From contig CP068257.2 of NCBI GenBank assembly GCA_009914755.4, positions 6,080,001 to 6,144,000 on the forward strand: a DNA stretch of 64,000 nucleotides, given 5' to 3'. Shown piece by piece: positions 15,961-32,900 of this stretch; positions within the stretch are counted from its first letter, which is position 1; every line of letters starts with the position of its first letter. A model generated the notes under the pieces. The model did no database searches. It saw only the letters and a program-made list of their open reading frames with translations, and was not told the origin of the DNA. This DNA comes from the human T2T-CHM13v2.0 reference genome, Homo sapiens. Position numbers and translations under genes: made by a program.

Positions 15961-16689
15961 GTCGCGGGGCTGGGAGGGTGTCGGGTCGGGGCAGGGTGGT
16001 GTCTTCTCTTTCGCAGGGAATACCTTGCTGGCTATGGAGTGGCGTGTCTTCCCCCCGACCCCTTCACCGAGCTGACAGGCGTGGGATTCCTGCCTTCTAG
16101 GAATAGGCCCGGTGGGAGACTCTATAGAGCGTAGAAATGCCATTCTTTCCTGGGCATCCTGGAGATCCAAGAGCCGGCCCAGGTACCGGCAGGTGGGCCA
16201 CCTACTGCGCAAGCGCGGGTTTGAGGGCAGCCGCCTGGGCTGTGGGAGTAGCCCGGGCAGAGACCTCATACCTTTCCACCATCCCAACCCCGCCTGACCA
16301 GCCACACCCCACCCCCACACCCCAGCCCCGGAAATTGCATCCTCCCCTGGGCTGGGTGGAGAACCCCATCCCGTGAAAAAACAGGCCCGTGCAGCGTCCA
16401 GGCCTGACACCCATCTGGCGGCTCGCCTCCTCTGCCCATCCACGCCACCATCGCCTGCCTGCCGCTGCCACTGCAGCCTCCCTGCTGCCACAGTGAGTGA
16501 ATGGTGGGGGAACGCAGACCTCCAGCTCTCTTTGCCGGCCTCCTGGATAGACCTGCGCTCATTGCGCACTCTGGCTGACGTGCAAGGGAGCCCGCTGGCC
16601 TCTCTGTTCCCTTGTCCGTCCGTGAAATTCCAGCTGAGGCTATGCCAACACATTCCGACGATCTTTAGTCAAAGCCCATAGAATAGTTA

Positions 16690-19600
16690 CATATCCTGGA
16701 TGATCAGTTCAGAATTATGTCACAATGTCCCCTCCCTGCGGAGCCTAGAGAAAATTTGCATCATTTGGGTGATCAGTGCAGAGATATATCACAATGTCCC
16801 CTGTACAAAAGGCCTGGAAATGATTTACATAACCTCGGTGTTCAGTGCATAGGTATGTCAGAAATCCCCAGTAGGCTGAACCTAGACAAGCGTTACAAAA
16901 CTGAGGTGATCAGTGCAGAGATATGTGAAAATTCCCGCGTAGACAGGGCCTAGACAAGTGTTACATCACCTAGGGATCAGTGCACGGATAAGTCATAAAG
17001 CCTCCTGTAGGTGGAGTGTAGACAAGTGTTTCCTCCCTGGGGTGGTCAGTGCAGAGATGTGTCACAAAGCCACTGTAAACAGAACCTTGACAAGGGTTAC
17101 ATCACCTGTTTGATCAGTGCAAATGTATATCACAAAGCCCCCTGTAGGCAAAGCGCAGACAATTGTTACATCACCTGGGTGAGCAGTGGAGAGATCTGTC
17201 ACAATGACCCTGTAGGCAGAGCTTAGACAAGGGTTACATCACCTGGGTGATCAGTGCAGAGATATGTCAAAACTCTCCTGTAGGCTGAACCTAGAAATGA
17301 GTTACATCAACTGGGTGATCAATGCAGAGATATGTGAGAATTCCCGTGTAGGCAGAGTCTAGACAAGTGTTACATCACCTAGGTTATCAGTGTAGGTATA
17401 ACTCATAAAGCCTCCTGTAGGCAGAGCATAGAGAAGAGTTCCCTCCCCAGAGTGATCAGTGCAGAGATGTGTCACAAAGCCCCTGTAGGCAGAGCCTGGA
17501 CAAGAGTTTCATCACATGGTTGATCACTTCAGAGATGTGTCACAATGTCCATGCAGGCAGATCTAAGACAAGAGTCCATCACCTGGGTGATCCATGCAGA
17601 GATATGTATCAATGTCCCCTGTAGGCAGTGCCTAGACAAGAGTTGCATCACCTCAGAGATCAGTGAGTAGATATGTCACAAAGCCTTCTGTAGGCAAAGC
17701 CCACTAAAGGCTTACATCACCTAGGTGATCAATGCAGTGATATGTCACAAAAATCTCTGTAGACAGAGACTAGACAAGAGTTACATCACCTGGGTGATCA
17801 TTGCAGAGATATGTCACAAATTCCCCTCTAGGCAGAGTATAGAGAAGAGTCCCATCACCTGGGTGATCAGTGCAGAGATATTTGACACAATGTCCCCATA
17901 GACAGAGCCTAGACAAGACATCCATCCACTGGGTGATCAGTGCAGAGATATGTCACAAATCCCCCTCTAGGCAGAGTATAGAGAAGAGTCCCATCACCTG
18001 GGTGATCAGTGCAGAGATATTTCACAATGCCCCCTGTAGGCACAGGGTAGACAAGAGTTACTTAACTTAGGTGATCTGTTCAGAGCTATGTAAAAACGTC
18101 CCAGTAGGCAGAGCCTAGATAAATGTTACATCACCTGGGTGATAAGTGCAGAGACACGTCACAATACACCCTGTAGGCGGAGCCTAGACAAGAGTTACAT
18201 CACTTGGGTGATCGGTGCAGAGATACGTCACAATACCCCCTGTAGGTGGAGGCTAGACAAGAGTTACATCACCTTGGTGATCAGTGCAGACATATGTCAC
18301 AAAGCCCCCTGTAAGCAGATCCCAGACAAGAGTTGCATCACCTCGGTGATCAGTGCAGAGATATGTCTCAATGACCCTGTCGGTGAAGCCTATAAAAGAG
18401 TTACATCATCTCGTTGATCAGTGTAGTTATATGTTAAAATGCTCCTGTAGGCAAAGCCTAGACCAGAGTTACATTACCTGGGTGATCAGAGCAGAGATAT
18501 CTCACAATACCCCCTGTAAGCAGAGCCTAGACAAGAGTTACATCACCTGGGTGATCAGTGCAGCTACATGTCATAAATTCCACTGTAGGCAAAGCCTAGA
18601 CATATTTTACATCACCTCAGCGATCAGTGCAGAGATATGTCCCAATATCCCTCTAGGCAGAGCTTAGACAAGAGTCACATCTCCTTGGTGATCAGTGCAG
18701 AGATAACTCAAAATGCCCCCATAGGCCGAACCTAGACAAGATTTACATAATCCGGGTGATCCGTGCAGAATGATGTCACAACGCACTCCTTAGGCAGAGA
18801 CTAGAAAAGAGTTACATCACCTGGGTGATCAGTGCAGAGATATGTCACAATGCCCCCTGTATGCAGAGCATAGAGAAGGGTTGTATCACCTGGGTGATCA
18901 GTGCAGAGATATGTCACAATGTCCCCTGTAGGCAAAGCCTAGGCAAGAGTTACATCACCTTTGTCATCAGTTCAGGGATATGTGAAAACGCCCCTGTTGG
19001 CAGAGCGTAGAGAAGAGTTACATCACCTTTGTCATCAGCTCAGGGATATGTGAAAACGCCACTGTAGGCAGAGCCTAGACAAGAGTTACATCACCTAGTT
19101 GATCAGTGCAGAGATGTTTCACAATACCCCTGTAGGCAAATCCTAGACAAGAGTTGAATCACCTGGGTGATCAATCCAGATATATTTCCCAATGCCTCCT
19201 TTGGGCAGAGGGTAGACAAGAGTTACATCACCTAGGTGATCAGTGCAAAGACTTTTCAAAATTCCCTGTAAGCAGTGGTTATAAAAGTGTTACATCACAT
19301 AAGTGATCAGTGCAGAGATATGTCACAAAGCTCCTGTAGGCAGAACTTAGATGAGTTACATCACCTGGGTGATCAGTACAAAGGTATGTCACGAAGCCCT
19401 CTGTAGGCAATGCCTAGACAATAGTTACATCACTTGGGTGATCAATGACGAGATCTCTCACAATTCTCCTGTAGACAGAGTTTATACAACTGTTACGTCA
19501 CCTGGGTGATCAGTGCAGAGATATGTCACAGTGCCCCCACAGGCAGATCCAAGACAAGAGTCCGTCACCAGCGTGATCAGTGCAAAAATATGTCACAATG

Positions 19601-22600
19601 CCCACTTAGGCAGAGCCTAGACAAAAGCGCCATCACCTACATGATCTGTGCAGAGTTATGTCACAAAGTCCCTTTAGGCAGATCCTAGACAAGAGTTACA
19701 TCACTAGGATGATCAGTGCAGTGATATGTCACAATGCCGCTGTAGGCAGAGCCTAGACAAGAGTTACATGACCTAGGTGATCAGTTCTGAGGTACATCGC
19801 AATGTCCCTGTAGGCAGAGCCTTGACAAGTGGTACAACACCTGGGTGATCATTGCAGGGATATGTCAAAAAGCACCCTGTAGGCAGATCATAGAAAAGAG
19901 TTACATCATCTGGGTGATCAGTGCAGAGATATGTCACAAACCCCCTGTAGGCAGAGCCTAGAAAAGAGTTATATCACCTGGGTGATCAGTGCAGTGATAT
20001 GTCACAATGCCATGTAGCCTGAGCCTATACTAAATTTATAGCACCTGGGAGATCAGTGCAGAGATATGTCACAATGTCCCCAGTAGGCAGAGACCAGGCA
20101 AGAGTTGGATCACCTCAGGATAAGTGCAGAGATATGTCTCAATCGCCCTGTGGGCACAGCCTAGACAAGAGTTACATCACCTCGTTTAACAGTGCAGAGA
20201 TATGTTAAAATGCCCCTATAGGCAGAGCCTACACTAGAGTTACATCACTTAGGTATTCAGTGCAGAGACATGTCACAATACCCCCTGTAAGCAGAGCCTA
20301 GACAAGGGTTACATCACCTGGGTGATCAGTGCAGAGATATGTCACTATGCCCCCATAGGCAGATCCAAGAATAGAGTCCATCACCTGGGTGATGAGTGCA
20401 GAAATATGCCACAATGCCGCCAGTAGGCAGATATAGACAAGAGTTACATCACCTGCGTGATCACTGCAGAGATACGTCACAATGCCCCTGTAGGCAGAGC
20501 CTAGACAAGAGTCCCATCACCTGGGTGTCCAGTGCAGAGTTATGTCACAATGCCCCCTTTTGGCAGAGCCTAGACAAGGTTTACATCACCTGGGTGATCA
20601 GTGCAGAGATGTGGAAAAAGTGCCCTGTAGCCAGAGTCTAGACAAGGTTTACATCAGCTGTGTGATCAGTGCAGTGAGATGTCACAATGTCCCTGTAGCC
20701 ATATCCTTGAGAAAAGTGACATCACCTGGGTGATCAGTGTGGAGATATGTCACAATGTCTCCAGTAGGCAGAGCCTAGAAAAGGGTTACAGCACCTGGGT
20801 GATCAGGGCAGGGATATGTCACAATGCCCCCTGTAAGCAGATCCCAGAGAAGAGCTGAATCACCTCGGTGATCAGTGCAGAGATATGTCTCAATGCCCCT
20901 GTCGGCGAAGCCTGTACAAGAGTTACATCATCTCGGTCATCAGTGCAGTGATACGTTAAAATGCCCCCATAGGCAGAGCCTAGAAAAGAGTTATATCTCC
21001 TGGTTGATCAGTGCAGAGATATCTCGCAATACCCCCTGTAAGCAGAGCCTAGACAAGAGGTACATCACCAGGGTGATCAGTGCAGAGATATGTCATAAAT
21101 CCCACTGTAGGCAAATCCTAGACAAGTTTTACATCACCTCAGCGATCAGTGCAGAGATATGTCCCAATGTCCCTCTAGGCAGAGCTTAGACAAGAGTCAC
21201 ATCTCCTGGGCGATCAGTGCAGAGATAAGTCACAAAGTCCCCGTAGGCAGAGCCTAGACAAGAGTTACATAACCGGGGTGATCCGTGCAGAGTGATGTCA
21301 CAACGCCCTCTGTAGGCAGAGACTAGAAAATTGTTAAATCACCTGGGTGATCAGTGCAGAGATATATCACAATGCCTCCTGTAGGCAGAGCATAGAGAAG
21401 AGTTGCATCACCTGGGTAATCAGTGCAGACATATGTCTCAATGTCCCCTGTAGGTAGAGCATAGAGAAGAGTTGCATCACCTGAGTGATCAGTGCAGAGA
21501 TATGTCACAATGTCCCCTGTAGGCACAGCCTAGGCAAGAGTTGCATCACCTGGGTGATCAGTGCAGATGTATGTCACAATGTGCACTGTAGGAAAAGCCT
21601 AGGCAAGAGTTACATCACCTTTGTCATCAGTTCAGAGATATGTGAAAACGCCCCTGTAGGCAGAGCCTAGACAAGAGTTACACCACCTAGTTGATCATTT
21701 CAGAGATATTTCACAATAGCCCCTGTACGAATATCCTAGACAACTGTTGAATCACCTGGTTAATTTATGCAGATATATTTCACAGTGCCCCCTTTGGGCA
21801 GAGGGTAGAAAAGAGTTACATCACCTAGGTGATCATTGCAGAGATTTGTCAAAATTCCCTGTAGGCAGTTCTTATAACAGTGTTACATCACCTAATTGAT
21901 CAGTGCAGAGATATGTCACAAAGATCCTGCAGGGAGAAATTAGATGAGTTACATCACCTGGGTTATCTGTGCAAAGGTATGTCACAAAGCCCCTGTAGGC
22001 AAAGCCTAGACAATAGTTATATCACTTGGGTGATCAGAGGCGAGATCTCTCGCAATTCCCCTGTAGGCAGAGCTTTTACTACAGTTACATCACCTGGGTG
22101 ATCACTGCAGAAATATGTCAGAATTCCCCATTGGCAGATCCAAGACAAGAGTCCTTCACCTGGGTGATCAGTGCAGAAGTATGTCACAATGCCCCCTTAG
22201 GCAGAGCCTATACAACAGCCCCATCACCTGATTGATTAGTGCAGATTTATGTCACAAAGTCCCTTTAGGCAGATCCTAGACAAGATTTACATCACCTGGG
22301 TGATCAGTGCAGAGATATGTCACAATGCCAGTGTAGGCAGAGCATAGACAAGAGTTACATGACCTAGGTGATCAGTACTGAGATACATCGCAATGCCGCT
22401 GTAGGAAGAGCCTTGACAAGTGGTATATCACCTTGGTGATCATTGCTGGGATATGTCACAAAGCACCCTGTAGGCAGATCCCAGAGAAGAGTTATATCAC
22501 CTGGGTGATCAGTGCAGAGATATGTGACAAAGCCCCTTTAAGCGGAGCCTAGACAAGTGTTACATCTCCTGGGTGATCAGTGTAAAGATATGTCACAAAG

Positions 22601-25600
22601 CCCCCTGTAGACAAATCCCGGAAAATTGTTACATCACCTTGGTGATCAGCGGAGATATCTGACACAATTCCCCTTTAGGCACAGCTTATACAAGCGTTAC
22701 ATCACAAGAGTGATCAGTGCAGAGATATGTCACTATGCCCCCATAGGCAGATCCAAGACAAGAGCCCATCACCTGCGTGATCAGTGCAGAAATATGTCAT
22801 AATGCCACCAGTAGGCAGATATAGAAAAGAGTTACATCACCTGCGTGATCACTGCAGAGATATGTCACAATACCCCTCTAGGCAGAGCCTAGACAAGAGT
22901 CCCATCACCTGGGTGATCAGTGCAGAGTTATGTCACAATGATGTCCCCTTTTGGCAGAGCCTAGACAAGGGTTACATCACCTGGGTGATAAGTGCAGAGA
23001 TGTGTCACAAGCCCCTCCAGCCAGAGATTAGACAAGGGTTACATCAGCTGTGTGATAAGTGCAGTAACATGTCACAATGTCCCTGTAGCCATATCCTTGA
23101 CAAAAGTGACATCACCTGGGTGATCACTGTGGAGATATGTCACAATGTCTCTAGTAGGCAGAGCCTATACAACAGTTACCTCACTTGGGAGATCAGGGCA
23201 GATATACGTCACAATGCCCCCTGTAAGAAGATCCCAGACAAGAGTGGCATCACCTCAGTGATCAGTGGAGAGACATGTCACAATGCTCACTGTCGGTGAA
23301 GCCTATACAAGAGTTACATCATCTCGGTGATCAGTGAAGTGATATGATAAAATGCCCCTGTACGCAGAGCCTAGACAAGAGTTACATGACCTAGGTGGTC
23401 AGTGCAGAGATACGTCTCAATGTCCCAGTAGGCAGAGCCTTGACAAGTGGTACATTACCTGGGTGATCATTGCAGGGATATGTCACAAAGCATCCTACAG
23501 GCAGATCCTAGATAAGAGTTACATCACCTGGGTGATCAGTGCAGAGATATGTCACAATGCCACTGTAGGCAGAGCCTAGACAAGAGTTACATGACCTAGG
23601 TGATAAGTGCAGAGATACATCGCAATGCCCCTGTAGGCAGAGCCTTGACAAGTGGTATATCACCTGGGTGATCATTGCAGGGATATGTCATAAAGCACCC
23701 TGTAGGCAGATCCTAGAGAAGAATTATATCACCTGGGTGATCAGTGCAGTGATAAGTCACAATGCCATGTAGCCAGAGCCTGGAATAAAGTTACAGCACA
23801 TGGGAGATCAGTGCAGAGATATGTCACAATGTCCTCAGTAGGCAGAGACCAGGCAAGATTTGGATCACCTCGGCTTCAGTGCAGAGATATGTCTCAATCC
23901 TCCTGTGGGCACAGCGTAGACAAGTTACATCACCTCGGTTAACAGTGCAGAGATATGTCAAAATGCCCCTGTAGGTAGAGCCTACACAAGTGTTACATCA
24001 CTTAGCTGATCAGTGCAGAGATATGTCACAATACCACCTGTAAGCAGAGCCCAGACAAGTGTTATATAACCTGGCTGATCGGTGCAGAGATATGTGACAA
24101 GGCCCCTTTAGGCAGAGCCTAGACAATAGTTACATCACCTGAGTGATCATTGCAGACGTCTGTCACAATGCCCCTTTAGGCAGAGCTTAGACTAGAGTTA
24201 CATCACCTGGGTGATCAGTGCAGAGATATGTCACAATGCCCCCATAGGCAAATCCAAGACAAGAGTCTGTCACCTGGGTGATCAGTGCAGAAATATGTGA
24301 CAATGCCCCCAGGAGGCAGAGCCTAGAGAGGAGTCCCATCACGTGGGTGATCAAGGTAGAGATATTTCACAATGCCCCTGCAGGCAGAGCATAAACAAGA
24401 GTTACACCACCAAGATGATCGGTGCAGAGATATGTCACAAGGCCCCATATAGGCAGAGCCTGGACAAGAGTTACATCACCTTGGTGATCAATGAAGTGAT
24501 ATGTCTCTATGCCCCGTAGGCAGAGCCTAGTCAAGCGTTTTATTACCTGGGTGATCAGTGCAGATATATGTCACAAAGCCCCAATACACAGAACCTAGAC
24601 AAGAGCCCCTCACCTGGTTGATCAGTGCAGAGATATGTCGCAATACCCCCTGTAGGTGGAGCCTAGACAAGAGTTACATCACCTGGGTAATCAGTGCAGA
24701 GATATTTCACAATGCCCCCTTTGGGCAGAGGGTAGACAAGAGTTACATCACCTAGGTGATCAGTGCAGAGATTTGTCGAAATTCCCTGTAGGCAGTGCTT
24801 ATAAAAGTGTTACATAACCTAAGTGATCAGTGCAGAGATATGTCACAAAGCTCCAGTAGGCTGAGCTTAGATGAGTTACATCACCTGGGTGATCAGCGCA
24901 AAGGTATGTCACAAAGCCCCTTGTAGGCAAAGCCTAGACAATAGTTACATCACTTGGGTGATCAGTGGCGAGATCTCTCACAATTCCCCTGTAGGCAGAG
25001 CTTATACAACAGTTCCATCACCTGGGTGATCAGTGTAGAGATATGTCACAATGTCCCCATAGGCAGATCCAAGACAAGAGTCCATCACGTGTGTGGTCAG
25101 TGCAGAAATACGCCACAATGCCACCAGTAGGCAGATATAGACAAGAGTTACATCACCTGCGTTATCACTGCAGAGATATGTCACAATGTCCCTGTAGGCA
25201 GAGCCTAGACAAGTGTCCCAACACCTGTCTGATCAGTGCCGAGTTATGTCACAATGCCCCTTTTGGCTCAGCCTAGACAAGGATTACATCACCTGGGTGA
25301 TCAGTGCAGAGATGTGTCACAAGCCCCTGTAGCCAGAGCCTTGACAAGAGTTACATCAGCTGTGTGATCAGTGCAATGACATGTCACAATGTCCCTGTAG
25401 CCATATCCTTGCCAAAATGACATAACCTGGGTGATAGCCTAGACAAAAGCCCCATCACCTGGATGATCAGTGCAGAGTTATGTCACAAAGTCCCTTTAGG
25501 GAGATCCTAGACAAGTGTTACATCACTTGGATGATCAGTGCAGAGATATGTCACAATGCCATTGTAGGCAGAGGCTAGACAAGAGTTACATGACCTAGGT

Positions 25601-27095
25601 GATCAGTGTAGAAATACATCGTAATGTCCCTGTAGGCAGAGCCTTGGCAAGTTGTACATCACCTGTGTGATCATTGCAGGGATATGTCACAAAGCACCGT
25701 GTAGGCAGATCCTAGAAAAGAGTTACATCACCTGGGTGATCAGTGCAGAGATATGTCAAAATGCCTCTGTAGGCAGAGCCTAGAAAAGAGTTATATGACC
25801 TAGGTGATCAGTGCAGAGATATGTCAAAATGCCTCTGTAGGCAGAGCCTAGACAAGAGTTATATGACCTAGGTGATCAGTGCAGAGATACATCACAATGC
25901 CCCTGTAGGCAGAGCCTTGACAAGTGGTATATCACCTGGGTGATCATTGCAGGGGTGTCACAAAGCACCCTGTAGGCAGATCCTAGAGAAGAGTTATATC
26001 ACCTGGGTGCTCAGTGCAGAGATATGTCACAAGCCCCCTGTAGGCAGAGCATAGAAAAGAGTTATATCACCTGGGTGATCAGTGCAGTGATATGTCAGAT
26101 TGCCATGTAGCCAGATCCTAGACTAAAGTTACAGCACCTGGGAGATCAGTGCAGAGACATGTCACAATGTCCCCAGTAGGCAGAGACCAGGCAAGAGGTA
26201 GATCACCTCGGGATCAGAGCAGAGATATGTCTCAATCCTCCTGTGGGCACAGCTTAGGCAAGAGATACATCACCTCGGTTAACAGTGCAGGGATATGTCA
26301 AAATTCCCCTGTAGGGAGATCCTACACAAGTGTTACATCACTTAGGTGATCAGTGCAGAGATATGTCACAATACCCCCTGTAAATAGAGCCTAGACAAGA
26401 GTTACATAACCTGGGTGACCAGTGCAGAAATCTCTCACAATGCCCCTTTAGGCATAGCTCAGACCAGAGTTACATCACGTGGGTGATCAGTGCAGAGATA
26501 TGTCACAATGCCCCCATAGGCAAATCCAAGACAATAGTCCGTCACCTGGGTAATCAGGGCAGGCATGTGTGACAATACCCCCAGTAAGCAGAGCCTAGAG
26601 AAGGGTCCCATCACCTGGGTGATCAGTGCAGGGATATTTCACAATGCCCCTGCTGGCAGAGCGTAAGCAAGAGTTACATCTCCAAGATGATCAGTGCAGA
26701 GATATGTCACAAGGTCCCTTATACGCAGAGCCTGGACAAGAGTTACATCATCGCGGTGATCATTGCAGTGATATTTCAGTATACCCCGTAGGCAGAGCCT
26801 AGTCAAGCGTTACATCACTTGGGTGATCAGTGCAGAGATATGTCACAAAGCCCCCATACACAGAGCCTAGAAAGGAGTCCCAACACCTGGGTGATCAGTG
26901 CAGAAATATGTCACAATGCCACCATAGGCAGATCCAACACAAGAGTTACATCACCTGGTTGATCATTGTAGAGTTATGTCACAATGCCCCCATAGGCAGA
27001 GCCTAGACAAAAGTCCCATCACCTGGGTGATCCGTGCAGAGATATGTCACAAAGCCCCTGTAGGCAGAGCTTAGACAAGTGTTAAGTCACTTTGT
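16690..27095 (+). repeat. Beta-satellite array (~10.4 kb)
   Basis: 68-69 bp monomers. Landmark monomer blocks recur about every 2.2-2.4 kb. Confidence 0.9.
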
Positions 27096-27741
27096 TGATC
27101 AGTTCAGAGATGGGTCATGCTGACTGTTTGCTCCCGGAGCTCTGTGGGCACTCGGAAACAAGCAGCGAAGAGAGGAAGACCGGCATGGTGCCTTCGCTCT
27201 CTTGCGAGTTTCCAAACCGGCCACACTGCAGACTCCCCATGTTGCCGCACATGGGAATCCATCGTCAGGCCATCACCCCGGGGAGGCATCTTCTCTCTGG
27301 GGTCTCGCTCTCGTCTCCTACGTGGAAATGAACGTGAGCCACACGCCTGCGTGTGTGAGACTGTCCCAGCAACGGCGACACCCACATGCACTGCCTCCTT
27401 CACGGAGAGAGGGCTTGGAACACTCAAGACTCCCACGGAGGTTCAGTTTCACACTCCCCTCCACCCTCTCAGGCCGGTTTCTCCCTGCTGAAGACGCGTG
27501 GGAGCCCAGAGAGTAGCTTCCAGTTCCCGCGGGATTCCTGGCGAGGTCTGGAGATCCAGCCCCCGAAACGTGTCCCCCTCATCCCTTCCCCATCGCCCCC
27601 TTCTTCTTCGTCTCTCTGGCCCCACCACCACCATAAACACGCCCTCCCACCCCACCCCACCACCCACCGGCCGCAGGCCTCGACGCCCTGGGACCCTTCC
27701 AGGGTGGGGCAGGCTGTCCCAGGACTCACCGCCATTCTTGA

Positions 27742-29206
<1,465 letters not shown>

Positions 29207-29929
29207 CGTGGGGTTTGGACAGGATCGGGTCGTGGCAGAGCGGTGGCCTCTATTTCGGGGGGAACACCTGGCTGGCTATGGAGGGGCGTGTCTTCCCCCC
29301 GCCCCCTCCACCGGGCTGACCGGCCTAGGATTCCTGCCATATAGTTCTAGGCCCGGTGAGAGGCTCCACACAGTGGAGAACTGCCATTCTTTCCTGGGCA
29401 TACTGGGGATCGCAGAGCCGGCCCAGGTACCAGCATGTCGACTGCCTACTGCGCACACGCAGGTTTGCAGGTAGCCGCCTGGGCTGTGGGAGCAGCCCGG
29501 GCAGAGCTCTCATGCCTTTCCACCACCCAAACCCGCCTGACCACCCCCCCACCCCCACACCCCAACACTGGAAAATGGGTCCTCCCCTGGGCTAGGTGGA
29601 GACCCACGTCCCACGAAACCCTGGGAGCGTGCAGCGTCCAGGCCTGACACCCCTCTGGTGGCTCGCCTCCTCTGCGCCACTGTGCCACCGTTGTCGGCCC
29701 GCCCGTGCCCCTGGCAGCCTCCCAGCTGCCACCATGGAGCGCCTGTCGGTGGAACACAGACCTATAGCTCACTTTGCCAGTCTCCTGGATAGACCTGCGC
29801 TCATTGTGCACCCCGGCTGACGTGCAAGGGAGCCAGCTGGCCTCTCTCTGCCCTTGTCCGTCCGTGAAATTCTGGCTGAGGCTCTCCCAACACCTTCCAA
29901 CGCTCTATAGTCAAAGCCTGGAGAATAGT

Positions 29930-32900
29930 TACATCTCCTGGATGTTCAGTTCAGAAATATGTCACAATGCCCCCTCCCTGCAGACCGTAGAGAAGATTTG
30001 CATCATTTGGGTGATCAGTGCAGAGATATATCACAATGTCCCCTGTACAAAAAGCCTGGGAATGATTTACATCACCTCGGTGATCAGTGCATAGTTATGT
30101 CAGAAATCCCCAGTAGGCTGAACCTAGACAGGGGTTACATCACTTAGGTGATCAGTGTAGAGATATGTGAAAATTCCCGTGTAGACAGAGCCTAGACAAG
30201 TGTTAGATAACCTAGTGATCAGTGCAGGGGTAATTCGTGAAGCCTCCTTTAGGCAGAGTGTAGACAAGTGTTTCCTCCCTGGAGTGATCAGTGCAGAGAT
30301 ATGTCACAAAGCCCCTGTAAGCAGAACCTTGACAAGGGTGACATCACCTGTTTGATCAGTGGAAATGTATATCACGAAGCCCCCTGTAGGCAAAGCCCAG
30401 ACAATGGTTACATCGCCTGGGTGAGCAGTGGAGAGATGTGTCACAATGCCCCTGTAGGCAGAGTTAAGACAAGGGTTACATCTCCTGGATGATCAGTGCA
30501 AAGATATGTCCAAACGCTCCAGTAGGCTGAACCTAGACAGGCGTTACATCACCCGGGTGATCAGTGCAGAGATATGTGAGAATTCCCGTGTAGGCAGAGC
30601 CTAGACAAGTGTTACATCACCTAGGTAATCAGTGCAGGTATACGTCATAAAGCCTCCTGTAGGCAAGGCGTAGACAAGAGTTCCCTCCCCAGGTTGATCA
30701 GTGCAGACATGTGTCACAAAGCCCCTGTAGCAGATCCTAGACAAGAGTTTCATCACTTGGTTGATCAGTTCAGAGATGTGTCACAATGTCCATATAGGCA
30801 GAACTAAGAGAAGATTCCATCACGTGGGTGATCAATGCAGAGATATCTACCAATGCACCTGTAGGCTGTGCCTCGACAAGAGTGGCATCACCTCAGAGAT
30901 CATTGCATAGATATGTCACAAAGCCTTCTGTAGGCAAAGTCCATACAAGGTTTACAACACCTAGGTAATCAGTGCAGTGATATGTCTAAAAATCCCTATA
31001 GACAGAGCCTAGAAAAGAGTAACATCACCTGGATGATCAGTACAGATATTTGACACAATGCGCCCATAGACAGAGCTTAGAAAAGAGTTACATCACATCG
31101 GTGATCAGTGCAGATATTTGACACAATGCCCCCATAGACAGAGCCTAGACAAGACTTCCATCACCTGGGTGATCAGTGCAGAGATATGTCACAAATCGCC
31201 CTTTTGGCAGAGTATAGAGAAGAGTCCCATCACCTGGGTGATCAGTGCAGAGATATTTCACAATGCCCCCTGTAGGCAGAGAGTGGACAAGAGTTACATA
31301 ACCTAGGTGATCTGTGCAGAGCTGTGTCAAAAAGCCCCTGTAGGCTGAGCCTAGATAAATGTTACATCACCTGGGTGATCAGTGCAGAGATACGTCACAA
31401 TACACCCTGTAGGTGTAGCCTAGACAAGAGTTACATCACCTGGGTGATCAGTGCAGTGATATGTCACAATACCCCCTGTAGGTGTAGCCTAGACAAGAAT
31501 TACATCACCTGGGTGATCAGTACAGAAATATGTCACAAAGCCTCTGTAGGCAGAGCCTAAGCAGGAGTTACATCACCTGGGTGATCAGTGCAGAAATATG
31601 TCACAAAACCCCTGTAGGCCGAGCCTAGACAAGAGTTACATCTCCTGGGTGATCAGTGCAAAGATATGTCACAAAGCCCCCTGTAGACAAATCCCAGAAA
31701 ATCGTTACATCTCCTGGCAGATCAGTGGAGGTATCTGTCACAATTCCCCTTTAGGCGCAGCTTAGACAAGCATTACATCACATGAGTGATCAGTGCAGAG
31801 ATATGTCACTACGCCCCCGTAGGCAGATCCAAGAGAAGATTCCATCACCTGGGTGATCAGTGCAGAAATATGCCACAATGCCACCAGTAGGCAGATATAG
31901 ACAAGAGTGACATCACCTGCGTGATCACTGCAGAGATATGTCACAATGCCCCTGTAGGCAGAGCCTAGACAAATGTCCCATCACCTGGGTGATCAGTGCT
32001 GAGTTATGTCACAATGCCCCCTTTTGGTAAAGCGTAGACAAAGGTTACATCACCTGGGTGATCAGTGCAGAGATGTGTCACAAGCCCCCTGTAGCCAGAG
32101 CGTAGACAAGAGTTACATCAGCTGTGTGATCAGTGCAGTGACATTTCACAATGTACTTGTAGCCATATACTTGAGAAAAGTGACATCAGCTGGGTGATCA
32201 GTGCGGAGATATGTCACAAGGCCTGCAGTAGTCAGAGCCTATACAAGAGTTACATCACCTGGGTGATCAGGGCAGAGATATGTCACAATGCCCACTGTAA
32301 GCAGATCCCAGACAAGAGTTGCATTACCTCGGTGATCAGTGCAGAGATATGTCTCAATGCCCCCTGTCTGCGAAGCCTATACAAGAGTTACATCATCTCG
32401 GTAGTGAGTGCAGTGATATGTTAAAATGCCCCTGTAGGCAGAGCCTAGACAAGAGTTACATCACCTGGGTGATCAGTGCAGAGATATCTTACTATACCCC
32501 GTGTAAGCAGAGCCAAGATAAGAGTTACATTACCTGGGTGATCAGTGCAGACATATGTCATAAATCCCACAGTAGGCAAAGCCTAGAGAAGTTTTACATC
32601 ACCTCAGCGATCAGTGCAGAGATATGTCCCAATGTCCCTCTAGGCACAGCTTAGACAAGAGTAACGTCTCCTGGGTGATCAGTGCAGAGGTAAGTCACAG
32701 TGCCCCCATAGGCAGAGCCTAGACAAGAGTTACATAACCCGAGTGATCCGTGCAGAGTGATGTCACATCGCCCTCTGTAGGCAGAGACTAGAAAAGAGTT
32801 ACATCACCTGGGTGATCAGTGCAGAGATATGTCACAATGCCCCCTGTAGGCAGAGCAGAGAAGAGTTGCATCACCTGGGTGATCAGTGTAGAGATATGTC